DNA from: Phoronis australis
Taxonomy: Eukaryota > Animalia > Phoronida
Assembly (NCBI GenBank): GCA_002633005.1
Contig: NMRA01000600.1
Location: 107,342-171,341 of the forward strand
DNA length: 64,000 bases
Reading direction: 5' to 3'
In this document: piece after piece, positions 25,326-36,850 of the stretch
Layout of the letters: the number at the start of each line of letters is the position of its first letter
How positions within the stretch are numbered: the first letter of the stretch is position 1
The notes under the pieces: generated by a model
Database searches by the model: none
The model's input: the letters and a program-made list of their open reading frames with translations, nothing else
What the model was told of the DNA's origin: nothing
Position numbers and translations under genes: made by a program

Positions 25326-28300
25326 AGGTATTCAGCATTTGAAGTACACTAGTTAATGAAAGATTTTTTCTCTTATACAATGTACAGGGCTATGAAGAAA
25401 ATTTTATTTTCATTTTTTATTCAGGACTTTTGGTTTCTTCGTCATCAATGAGGAACTGGCAAGAGTCTACTATAATGATGTGCTGGGCTTCAACAAAGGT
25501 ACCAACTATAACAAAAGGCGCCTACCCCAACATATTTTCGCCATGCAAGGGTTATGTCACAAATCGTACTGCTTTATCTACTTTGCTTGCAGTCAAGCAA
25601 ATTATGCTATTTACTCAGGCACCATATTTTATGTATCTAATGCATATATTTGTTTTGTCTACTACTTAGTACTCGGATAAATGTGATTTCTTTGTGGTAC
25701 TAATAAACAAAATTTATGGCCAATACCATTTCTTAGTTTCATACTGAAAATCGGATGAGGACTTAAATGTGATGACACAGAACTGGTAAAGTTGCTACAA
25801 ACCAACATTCCATCAACGATAAAGTAACTTTTAATTTATACCATTTTTCGCATCAGACCTCCTATCAATAAATTTCTTTACGCAGGTGAGCATGGGTTTC
25901 TTGGCTTGTAACAAATCGAACTACAGAAAATGACAAACTGTTTCAAGGCAACTTGATAAACTGAGGTTTGACATAAAACGAACTGTCAGTTCTTTCAATT
26001 TCCAGGAATCACTTGTACAGTGAGTACGGAATGGGCCAAGACAATAAATAGGCAAAGTCAAGTGTTGGTTCAATTGAAGGAAGGCAGGTTTATAGCAGCG
26101 TTAACAGCAATGACGTAATCAGATTAATGATCAAAATTGATTTTCACTGCCGAAGTTTAACCTGTATAACATTAAATGCATTTTACTACAGTAATTCTCA
26201 ACACAACAGAAATGTAAATGCAAACAAGAGTTGCTGCATGACATTTAATTAATCGAAATATGTTTGAAGTCATGGACACATTTATATTAATTACGTAGTC
26301 AATTCGCACAACCACGTGGATCAACAAAAGCAGATGATGATGAACCAAGTTACTTGAACACTCAATTACAAAGCAGGTACTGTATCACAGTTTTGGAGTC
26401 AAATGTAGGCAAACAGTGGTCAAGGATTGTTGGTTTACTTATATAAAAAGTAAAATGTCAGACATATATGCTGTACGGTAAATGAGTAAGATCAAAAATA
26501 TAGCCGTGTCCTTATGTATTGACATCAGTCTATATCCACGTCAAGCTACTGTACAAAGAAAACTTTAAAATTAGTGTCAAATGTTCACTGAAGCAGTGAT
26601 AGTTTCTTTAAATTAATCAAATAACATTTGTTGTCATTGCAAAACCTTTGATCGTCAAGGCAATGAACTGGGTGGCCCCTGGAGGTCATGTGTCAAATTT
26701 GTGCACGCCTTGTTTTGATCTCAAGCATCTGCTAATTATGGACAACCGGTGGCACTGGAGTACATGTATAGACCTTCCTTAATCCTTGACAGCATTACTC
26801 TTGGATTTCTCACTGAAGTACCTATGTAGCCTGTAACTGTAAAATATTGTGAAAAGTTACAATATAATTGAGCACTGAAACACTAAATCCAAAGATACAG
26901 TGCAAAGAAAACCACCATTGGGTACAAGTAATGATAACTGTATCTATACCACCAACTGAGTGCTAGTATCAACAAGTGTGAGAGGTTGTAAGTTAGACAG
27001 ATGGTGCAAAAACTAATGCACGTATTGCCCTTTGACTCTTTGTATAAATCTTCATCGAATTATAACTTTTGATGGCTATATTAAAACAAAACTTTATGGT
27101 TTAAGTGGATCCTAGATTACTAAGACAAGAAATTGAACTTATGGCAACATGGTTATATCCCAAGTGCTACTCAGCAGCCGTTGTATGAATATGTTACCAC
27201 ACAACTGTTTTATCAAGCCCAAACAATGGTCATACTATTTTCGTCTTTTAACAAGCAGTAAGAAACCTACATTGAGAGACAATAGAGTTGCAATTTCACA
27301 GAAAAATTACTGCGGCTATGAACCCTGTTATCAACTTAACTTTTGATTTTAACCACTTTCCCCATTCAGATGAGAAATAAGTTTTGGTCTTGCAAAGAAC
27401 TGTCAGATCATTATGGTTGTGACCATGTCAGGTGAATGAAATGGCATGCTATGACACGTCAACCTAAAGAAACTCTCAAGTAGTAACAAATTGTTGGAGA
27501 TTTTCAAGCCCAAAATTCACACCTGTTTTTATCAAGGAACAATTCGAGATCAACATCATACTAATGGTACATGGTATAAATGAACAGTTGGTTTTCGTGA
27601 CATAAAGCATGCCTATATCTACTTTAAATTCCAATAGAGCATAGAGTCTTTACAAGAGCAGACACAAACCTTTGATCCAGATTGTGAGGATGCAGGTGAC
27701 AAAGAAGATAAGGACATGGGTGAACAACAGCTCTGAATCCCTGCAAGATGACAATAGTGGCATTTATTCTGAAGCCTCCACACTTGACACTCAGACGTGT
27801 ATACATATAGTATTTACAACGATTTTTTTCAAAATTTTTGCACAAGTTGAAAGTTAACAACTTTTTGAACTCCATTTCACATCAAAAAACCGGCTTAAAC
27901 GGCGTTAAGAGGTTTTTCCTTCTATAACTCGGACCATAGGCCTTTAATCAACATGTTAGAAATGAAATTACTATGCGTGAGAAGCAATCGTGGACATCAG
28001 TCGACGCAACGACAGGGGTGTCTGTTGACGTGGGCTGTTTTCGCAACGCGGCAATCTGCGTAACATCAGACGGTAGTAGGCCGTTACTTGAAAGACTACC
28101 GCGTTGGCGTCAAGCAACTGAATAGTCGCACATGTTTCCGATGGTGCACCATTTGCAGATTTTTGACGCCAAACCCCGACTGACTCGTTAAATTTTTGGT
28201 TATACTGCACGCGAGTGCCTGGCGCTGTGAGCGACGCGATTATATTCACGTTCAATTGGTTCGACCGAATTTTTGTTGCAATGTCCAAACTGCACGCAAG

Positions 28301-29216
28301 TGACGGTTGCAACGAGAGCCATTTTGCGAAACTGAAACGTGAAATGGAATATGATCCATGTCGGTGTTGTCGCGTCGCTTATTTGCGTTGACTGAACCAC
28401 GTCCCACAAATTTCGATTCGACCGGGACAAGCTCGTTACTTCAATTCAAAGTGGACGGTATTCTTATTCATTTGGTAAGACGATTAAAGGTATTGTGTAA
28501 CATACTACCTGCCAATCATAAATACATCTGGTTAAAATTGATAGCGGATTGGTCAAGTAATTAAGAGACGGGTAAGGACCATAAATGAACTTGATTTTCA
28601 TTTGTGCAGGCGCAACCTTTCTCATAACCTTACAAAGACAACAGTGGGCAGTCCGTTTGGACGTAATGCTTGTCACAATATTGATGAACATGGGAAAACA
28701 ATCGGCATTTCACTAAGTAAAATGAAACCCGTCGTCTGTAAGTCGAACCCAGCAATAATATTTGTTATTTATCGGCTATTGCTCACTTCAAGCGTTAAGT
28801 GTTCCGCCTGAATTTGGTCGCCTAATTGCACGACATTGCAACGCGAATTTCGCTAACTTGAGTGCAGTCTGGCCTGGTTGTATTCAAATCTCCCTACAGC
28901 CGCCAGATCAGACCAATTCCATCCGAAAACTCACCGGAGTGGCGTAAGGACTTTTATGATTGTCGCCAGCCAATTCTGACGTCTGAGAAATCAGCATTCA
29001 GTGCATCAACGGGTACGCTAAAATGGACGTGTTGTGCCGAATTTCTCAATTACAGAATCACTACTGTGTTTTGACACATGTTATTTCCATTCGACATTAT
29101 ATTGTTGCCAGTGCGACAATAATTTAGTTGCCGAGTGTGACACTATGTGCCGTCGAAATCGAAACATACTGTCCTATGGGCGACAATACATGCATGTGTT
29201 CAGGGCATATACTGTA

Positions 29217-29658
29217 ACGGCCTTTATTCCCTGGTGCCTATATTCCCCCGTTCCTATGTCCCCAACCGATGTCCCCCAGACCCTGCTATGCCTTCCGTAT
29301 GCACGCTGGTTTGCCTCAGGTGCATAAAGTTAGGCATGTACGCTGAAACAATAACGAATATTTAGTTCCAGTGAAAAAACGCTTTATACATGTTACAGAT
29401 GTTTGTTTTGCACCTTACAAGTTGGAATCTTAACATTTACTTGTTGCTTACGGAAATTCAAGTAAGATGATTAGAGTTCATACATCTCCAGTTTAGTGTT
29501 ATCTTTCATCTCATAGTCCACTTTACGATAGTGGTTGTTAAAACGAAATACAGCTTTGTTGAAAAGCGCACGTGGGTCCGGGGAAACTCGGGGATAATGG
29601 AGCATCAGTTGGGGAACATAGGGACGGGAGGAAATAGGGACGCGGGAATAATAGCCGT
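29217..29658. mobile_element. MITE with TA TSD and ~70-bp TIRs containing cctatRttcccc subrepeats
   Basis: TA|ACGGCCTTTATTCCC...GGGAATAATAGCCGT|TA. Confidence 0.75.
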
Positions 29659-30058
29659 TAGGAAGCTTGATACCCAGCACATATTGTCGACCGGTGCTCA
29701 ATTCGCCCATCATCGCATATACTGTATTTTAGCTTATTTAACTGCATTATTTTGTACAGTGCCATTGTCCATCTCTATTCGTGAAGAAAGTTTGGTGGTT
29801 ATTGGAAAGCCTCATTGATTAAAAAGAAAAGAGATATATTGTAGGGCAAAAAACTCATTTGATATATTATGTTGGAGTGGTCAGGCTTCTTTGCAGTTAT
29901 TAACTTTGACTGTGGCTGTAAAACAAAAAATCAATAATTTGGAGAATCAGTGTTTTGTAAATCTAAAGCCACGTTAATGTAGCTAGTGCTTTTCTGTTAA
30001 AAATTCATAGGAATTCAACACATAGGACAGAATCCATCAACTGTGTTCCATTCTGCAG

Positions 30059-30908
30059 GTACCTTTTTAAAGCGAACACAACTGTGAACCAGGGCAGAAA
30101 TTTGCTTTACGAATATTCGGCAACGCACTTGAACAAAACAGGGGCACTGTTTTACATCTTCATCGATGAAGACGCCATCATTACCCGGACCCGTTTAGAT
30201 CTCTTGGATCCCAAAGCTCGACCAAAAGTAGACCGGAAACGACCAATCCTAAGGCAGTATGAAGACTTCCTGTTCCGCGTGAAGCCAGCTGTAAGTACTG
30301 CCCTGTACTCAATGTCACGTGACTCGAAGAGATTTAAAGAAAATTTCTTTTCCGCATGCTGCGTATCGAAGAACGGAAGGACAACTCTTTTCCCAGAGTT
30401 CTTCCCAATGATCAGCTTTGATCTATGTATGTTCGCAACGCACGTGACAGCGGCTTCAAATCTCTTTCCCATACCACTCAAGTACGAAGCATTATCTTGG
30501 TGGATGGGAGATGTTATTATTCCATTCAGAGTGTATGCCAAATACCGAGGCCAAGCGCTCGTTTATACACCGATGCAAATCTTGAATGGAGTCCACAGTC
30601 AGTATCCAAGAGTGCACGGCGGCGTTGTTGGATATGACGTCGTCATGAAAGAAGAACGGGATTTGGCGCCACGTCATCTTCGACATAATGCCGTGTGGAA
30701 AGATCCGCTGTTTAGAGAAAGGCGCCAGCCGCCTTTTTACTCTATTGTGTCTCCACAATTTCCTTATGTTCCCTATGATAAAAACCCTAACTTTAATCCA
30801 TTTTATGTTGAAAGAAAGAATTCGCCAGGTGAACGCTTAAGCAACATGACCAAAAGTAATGAGACAATTGGTCACGCAACAGAACGGGTCTTCAACGGCA
30901 AGAAATAA
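30059..30908 (+). CDS. Gene A terminal exon: GT-A-fold glycosyltransferase-like catalytic domain
   Basis: Acceptor ttctgcag|G in phase 2, reading R-YLFKANTTVNQGRNLLY...FYIFIDED (DxD). Open to TAA at 30908. About 80% amino-acid identity to gene B by manual count (~45 differences in ~227 aa). Confidence 0.9.
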
Positions 30909-31213
30909 TCGATTGCCGCTCTTCCAGACACGCCAGCACACGAGTTCCATTAACACCAAAAGACCTGAATGTCACCAGGAAAACGATTTGTTTCCAAACA
31001 AGAGAATGGCGTTGGACATGTTGTTTATCATGCATGTAGTAACGTGCAAAAGGTCGTTCAATGCGTTGAAGATAGTTAAAAGTTAACTCTGGAAAACGAT
31101 GAGACAAGGTCCCCTGGAAGACCTTTCTGTTCTGTGAGTTGAGAAAGAAACATTTTGCTATTAATATTTACTTAGAAGACATCAGAGATAAATTCACTAA
31201 GCGAAAGGCTCGT

Positions 31214-31308
31214 AATAAAAAAACATATCGAATACATCGGCTGCTCAGAAAAGTTTTTCGTCATAGTTGTGAACTTTGTTAAGTCTCCACAGGTTTCATA
31301 ACAATAAA
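31214..31308 (+). promoter_or_regulatory. Candidate polyadenylation signals of gene A
   Basis: AATAAA at 31214 and 31303, 300-400 nt after the stop codon. Confidence 0.4.
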
Positions 31309-31886
31309 ATGTCTTCAAGAAAACAGTGTTCACGTACATACATGTATGTAGATCTTATTCAAAACTTGTATTTTCTACGGCGAAAAAACACCAGGGAACC
31401 AATTTTGACATTCTTGGCCCTTGGCGCTAATACAAATCTTAACAAGAGTGAATGTACGACTGGGACAGTCGGAGCAACACTAGTGTGGCTACCACGCACG
31501 CTATTCGTGTTTTGATGTTGCCTACTTCAGCAATTTTCCGTCCAAGGCTAGGGTAATCCGATGATATTCATCTTTGGGCGGATCCGGGGAGGTCTAAGGG
31601 GTCGTACATTTACATAATGTCATGCACAGGTTCACAATGTTAGGGACACCAATCGCGCATTTCAACTAATTCAACTATTCCCATTAATCGCTGCGCCACC
31701 TGCACGGGCAGGGTGATAACAAACATGACGTCCTTAACAGGCTCACAACTAGAGACACAGTACACGTATTTCAACTAATTTAACTGTTCACTAATCGCTG
31801 CGCCACCTGTAGGGACAGGCTGATAACAAACATGACGTCAGCAACAGGCTCACAACTTGAGAGACACAGAACACGAATTTCAACTA

Positions 31887-34200
31887 CAGCTAGGCTACAA
31901 GAAAAGTTGCTTTCCATTGAGTTAAGTAACAAGAGGAAAAGTAAAACTAAGTTGCTTGAGGAGTACCGCAATCTGTCACGTGAGTTACGTTCACCTGTTG
32001 GATTCCTGACTTGGATTTCCATTGAGCAGATCTGAACAACTCCTGCAAAGCGGACGCAGAAAATAAGAAAGTTCGACATGCTAGTTAGATCAACAGTCTC
32101 AAACACAAACATGGCTACAGTGTGAGTGTACTCGATGACATCAAGGTTGTCATCAATTTTTCCAGTACTCCTCTGACAGCTACTTAAATAGCACTCCTTA
32201 GCAAAGGGTTAACTTTCAGTATCCCCACTCAACACATCAATGCCATGGACACTAAAGCATTCAACAACCAGATCACTTCTACCCTAATCCTTGACAAAAT
32301 GAGGCTTAAGCATCGCCTTCGGGAACTGTGTTATCGCTACATCTACAGTTATAACAGTAACCAACTTCAGAATCTCACACCGGATGAGTGCCAGACTTTG
32401 CGTACCCTGTCACAACGTCAAGACATCACCATCGCGCGTCCTGACAAAGGGATAACGGTATTGTGATCACGGATAACACTGACTACTTCTCTAAGCTACA
32501 TGGCATCGTTAATGACACTTCTAAATTCGCCAAGCTCGATCATGACCCAACAGCTAAGCGCGAACAACACCTACAGAACTGTTTAGCGAATCTTAAACGG
32601 ACAGGTGCATTGGATCAGGGCACTTACAATCGTATAAGATCCTGCGGGTCACAGCATGACGTCTATACGGCCTCCCTAAGACACACACGGATTATGTACC
32701 GCTGTGGCCTACTGTGTCGGAACATACACTCATGAGCTTGCCAAATTCCCGCTAGTTAAAAAATACCTTTCAGTGAGAATGACTACACACTTAAAGATTC
32801 TTTTCAGTTAATGAAGTCCGTTATGTGTTGTCTAGATGTTTGCAGCCTCTTCACTAATATACCTGTGGATGAAGTAATTAAATTGCGTCTTAACAAGCTG
32901 TATATTGATACTGCTCGTAACCAGTATACGTAAATTACTCACGATCGCAGTTAAATAGAACCATTTTCTGTTTGATGATAACTTTTATGATCAGATTGAT
33001 GGAGTGGCCATGGGTTCACCCCTGGTACCAGTGTTAGCTAATATTTTCACGTGCAATCTGAAGACCGAGACCCTGGCTTGTTGTCCACCGGATTGTAAAC
33101 CACAATTTTATAGTCAAGGAATGTGGACGATACGTTTGTTGTGTTTTCATCCAAGAACTCAGTCAGCACCTTTGTCAATCACATGAACAATGTGCATCCG
33201 CCCATAAACTTAACCAGTGAATCTGAGCACGAGTATTGTTTACCTTTTCTAGATGTCTTGGTTAAACGTGAGAATAGCACCGTTGTTACATCTGTGTATC
33301 GTAAGCCCAGTTTTTCTGGGCTTTATCTTAAATTTGATAGTTTTGTGCCGATCCAATACAAGAGAAGTCTAGTAAATTGCTTGTTACACCGTGCCTGTAG
33401 AATTTGTTCCACCAATTTAAATTTTGATATTGACGTAGCTATGATTTTCCAGTTATTGCGTACCAATGGTTACCCTCTGAATTTGTTGAATAGCTAAAAA
33501 AGGCACTAGCTTTCAAAAATGAATGAGGCAGATAAGGTAGCTGTTATTATACCCGAGAAAAGGAAAGTTTTCTTTTCTCTTGGTTACACCGGGCCAAGTA
33601 GTATAAAATTGAAACGTCAATTATCTGGCCTTATTCATTGCATAGACCCAGCCGTTGATCTGATAGTTGTTTTGAAACCTCTTCGGAAACTTTCCAATAT
33701 GCCGGGTAAATTGAAGTCACCCATCCCTTTATTGAACAAGAGCAACGTTGTTTATAAGGCTTAATGTGACAACTGTAAGGAATTCTCCTTCGGGCTCACA
33801 CTGAGACGCCTCTGTGCCAGGCTGAAAAAACATCACACCCCAGAGAAAAGCAACAGATATAGGCATTGTGTTAGCAACAATCACCAAGCCAATTCAGTTA
33901 GTGTTATCTGCCGAGAACTTATCAAGGAATTACTATTCATTAAAGAGTCATTGGCCATTCAGGAACAGCATGCTACTGATTCTCTGAAAAACACGCAGGG
34001 CTCAGTGACCATGCAACTATTGTGATGACCCGCTACTGACTTTTTCCCCTATATCTCTCACTTCACTTCATGTATGTTACCTGAGCTGTATGATGGCACA
34101 TGCTGTCCTTTGTAGATATGATCCTAATGATGTCTAATGAATAGACGAAGCGTTGATTGAACATGAACTTTTTTATTTGTGCGGCGATATCGTCCGGTTT
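31887..34200 (+). mobile_element. Penelope-like retroelement (RT plus GIY-YIG endonuclease), frameshifted
   Basis: Motifs DITIARPDKG, LDVCSLFTNIP, QIDGVAMGSPL..VLANIF, VDDTF, LPFLDVLV, VYRKP, LRTNGYP and NVVYKA*CDNC. Confidence 0.93.
34116..34160 (+). ncRNA. Degenerate minimal hammerhead ribozyme motif in the Penelope 3' end
   Basis: gatc-CTAATGA-t-gtcta-atgaa-tagac-GAAG-cgtt-gatt compared with the consensus CUGANGA-stemII-GAAA. Two core mismatches. Confidence 0.55.
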
Positions 34201-36149
34201 TTAATTCAACTATTCCCAGTAATTGCTGCGACACCTGCAGGCAGACAGATAACGTACATGACGCCAGCACAAAGCTCACCAGGCTCACAACGTGAGAGAC
34301 ACAGAAAAAGCATTACAACTAATTCAACTATTCCCGCTAATCGCTGAGCCACCTGCAGGGACAGGCTGATAACAAGCATGGCTTCTGCAACAGGCTCTCA
34401 ACTTGAGAGACATAGATCACGCATTTGAACTAATTCAGCTATTTCCACTAATCCCTACGTCACCTGAAGGCAGACGGATAACGTACATGACGCCAGCACA
34501 AGGCTCACCAGGCTCACAATTTGAGAGACACAGCACAAGTATTTCAACTAAGTCAACTATTCTCACAAATCGATACGCCATCTGTGGGCTGGTAGATAAT
34601 GTACATGACGTCATCAACAGGCTTACAGTTTTAGAGACACCGAAGACGCATTTCAACTAATTCAACTATTCCCACTAATCGGTGAGCCTCCTGCAGGCAA
34701 GGCAGAGACTCTCAGGTATTTCTTTCTTGCAATGCCCGTAATACTTCAGATGACGCTACAATTGGTGGAATTAGTTGAATTAATTGAATAGCTCAGCGCT
34801 GGATAGGTTGAGATGGGTTCAACTAAGATCAACTAATTCAATTATTCCTACTAATCGCTGAGTCACCTACGGACAGATAGTTAACGTACATGTACATGAC
34901 GTCATCGACAAGCTCAGAATGTTAGAGACAACAATCACGCATTTCAACTAATTCAACTATTCCCACTAATCGCTGCACCACCTGCAGGGGCAGTTTGAGA
35001 ACAAACATGTCAGCAACAGTCTTTCATCAGTGGTGATGGCAGGGTTAGTTGAGATACGTTGGGATTAGTTGGGTACGACTAAACATTCTGACATGTATGA
35101 GTTCAGGCTCACTGTTATTTCTGAAAAGTTTCTTTTTTTAACTCTTGCTTTTAAATTGTCTCAGCTCAGATACCTTAAAGCTTATGGAAGCAAAATAGTA
35201 GCTCCTTGCCCCTGGACACATGGCCACAAAGTGTGCTTTTGTCTCACACCTACATGTGCATGTATCGGGGAAGTAGTAATGAACTGTCAATGCTTATGGT
35301 TACAAGGGGGCCTGTGGCCGCTATATATGTACACTGTAACGTTCACTAACGGTAGGACCTCGCTAAAAAGCAAGAGTTCACGAGATAACGTGATTTATTG
35401 CTGTGTATTTCAAAGGGGAATACGTGAATTAAGCTAGACTTTAGCTACGTGCTAGCGTAGGTTCTACTGTACATGCAAGATAAACTACATGTATGCACAG
35501 CTTTAGCACTATTTTCAAACGTCAATTACCCTGCCTTGTTTCAAAAATAATAATTCGTTTGAAGGCTAAGTGACCAAGTCCCTTAACGAATCTGTGTACA
35601 GTTGCATAAAACAGTCTCAAACAGGGATTGAATTAAGTTCCCTAAGTCTTATACGTATTTGTTTCGTTCTTTAGGCAGCGATGCAGCATCTTTTCTATCA
35701 CTTTATCTTAAGTATGTGTCGATGTCTTCTTCCACTAATGACATTTTCTAATAATATTACTAAAAATTGAGCCCTTGAACCACTCAAAACAATTAGGGGA
35801 CCCCCACTTACTTTGAATATTATTGAGGATTCAACGTAGATTTCTCTCTCGAGTTTTATAAAATCCAAACATCTGACAGTAAAACAGCATAATGAAGAGC
35901 AATCAATGTTTTCACACAGTCATATATATCTACATGTACACGTGCAAAGTAGATTTAAGGAACTTACCCTGTAGCTGATTCCTATGTCGAACTGTTTCCT
36001 GCAACCTGGCAAAGGGTCTCCAACTAGTAATGCAGTAAGATACATGTACATGTATAAGAGAGGATGTTCTTTGTATACCTTCTCTCTTATCTGGGTCAAG
36101 ATCACGGCGATTGTCGAGCGCTTTAAGGGCGTCTGTGTTGGCAATGAGC

Positions 36150-36315
36150 TATACCGGCCTCCCGTTCAGTAACACTAGGACCTCGCTAAAAAGCAAGACT
36201 TCGCGAGATTACGTGAGATATTGCCGTGTATTTTAAATAAGAATACGTGACCTTGACTAGATTTTAGCTAGGTCCTAGCGTAGGTCCTAGCGTCTACTGA
36301 ACGCACGCCTGGTAT
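36150..36315. mobile_element. ~160-bp MITE family, best-preserved copy; others at ~1430-1570, 19255-19368, 35338-35470 and 41890-42040
   Basis: TIR cgttcagtaacRctaggacct / aggtcctagcgt..ctgaacg. Core gctaaaaagcaagacttcgcgagattacgtga is shared. Confidence 0.85.
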
Positions 36316-36519
36316 ATAGCTCATTGGTGTTGGTAAGTAACTCATGTCGATGAATCGGTCGTTACCGTCAAACAGGAGGTTGGTGTCAACTGAAGGATTT
36401 CCCAAGCTCGCACAATGTTTGTGCAATATATGACTTTATTTTTTGTCTCGATTTACTTCCAATGGGTCATCGGTTGAGCTACTGGTACAGAGTGCAACAT
36501 CATCAAGGGATTTTTATGC

Positions 36520-36850
36520 AGTAACAGAGATGCTTTTATCCGTTCATAGTCTTAAGTACCACCCGAAGCGGTAACGTTGGAAACTTCATTTTACCATTTG
36601 TACGGCAGATGCCATGACAGTTTCTTGGGCTTTGTTCTATCTGTAGCTGATTCGGGAATTGTTCTGCGAGCAACGACAACGAATTGGTACAAGGTGAATT
36701 AAGGGTGGACAAATTTACGCACTGTTTCAACCTACTCTCCCGCGCTACTTGCAATAGGGCCAGAAGAAGTTTCGCGACCAATGAACGACTAAATTAAGCA
36801 CTCGGGAGCACTGTGGGATACCAGTTCGGCTGAAGCGCCTCGCCAAGAAT
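36520..36850 (-). pseudogene. Highly decayed Gypsy-type integrase remnant
   Basis: Fragments RNFFWP, KQCVN and PRNCHGICRTNGKMK in shifted frames. Confidence 0.4.

Larger units (their letters stand above)
31660..35075 (+). repeat. ~110-120-bp satellite array, interrupted by Penelope
   Basis: Unit tttcaactaattcaactattcccactaatcgctgcgccacctgcaggg...caggctcacaacttgagagacacag. Two units precede 31886 and about 7 follow 34200, with inverted fragments at ~34765-34820 and ~35040-35072. Confidence 0.9.

Noticed and set aside
30152-30758. Antisense ORFs over the gene A exon (and 52759-53403 over gene B)
   Set aside because: Shadow frames of the real CDS; their mutual similarity follows from sense-strand conservation.
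34153-34660. Repetitive-protein ORFs (also 31780-32112)
   Set aside because: Translations of the satellite units.
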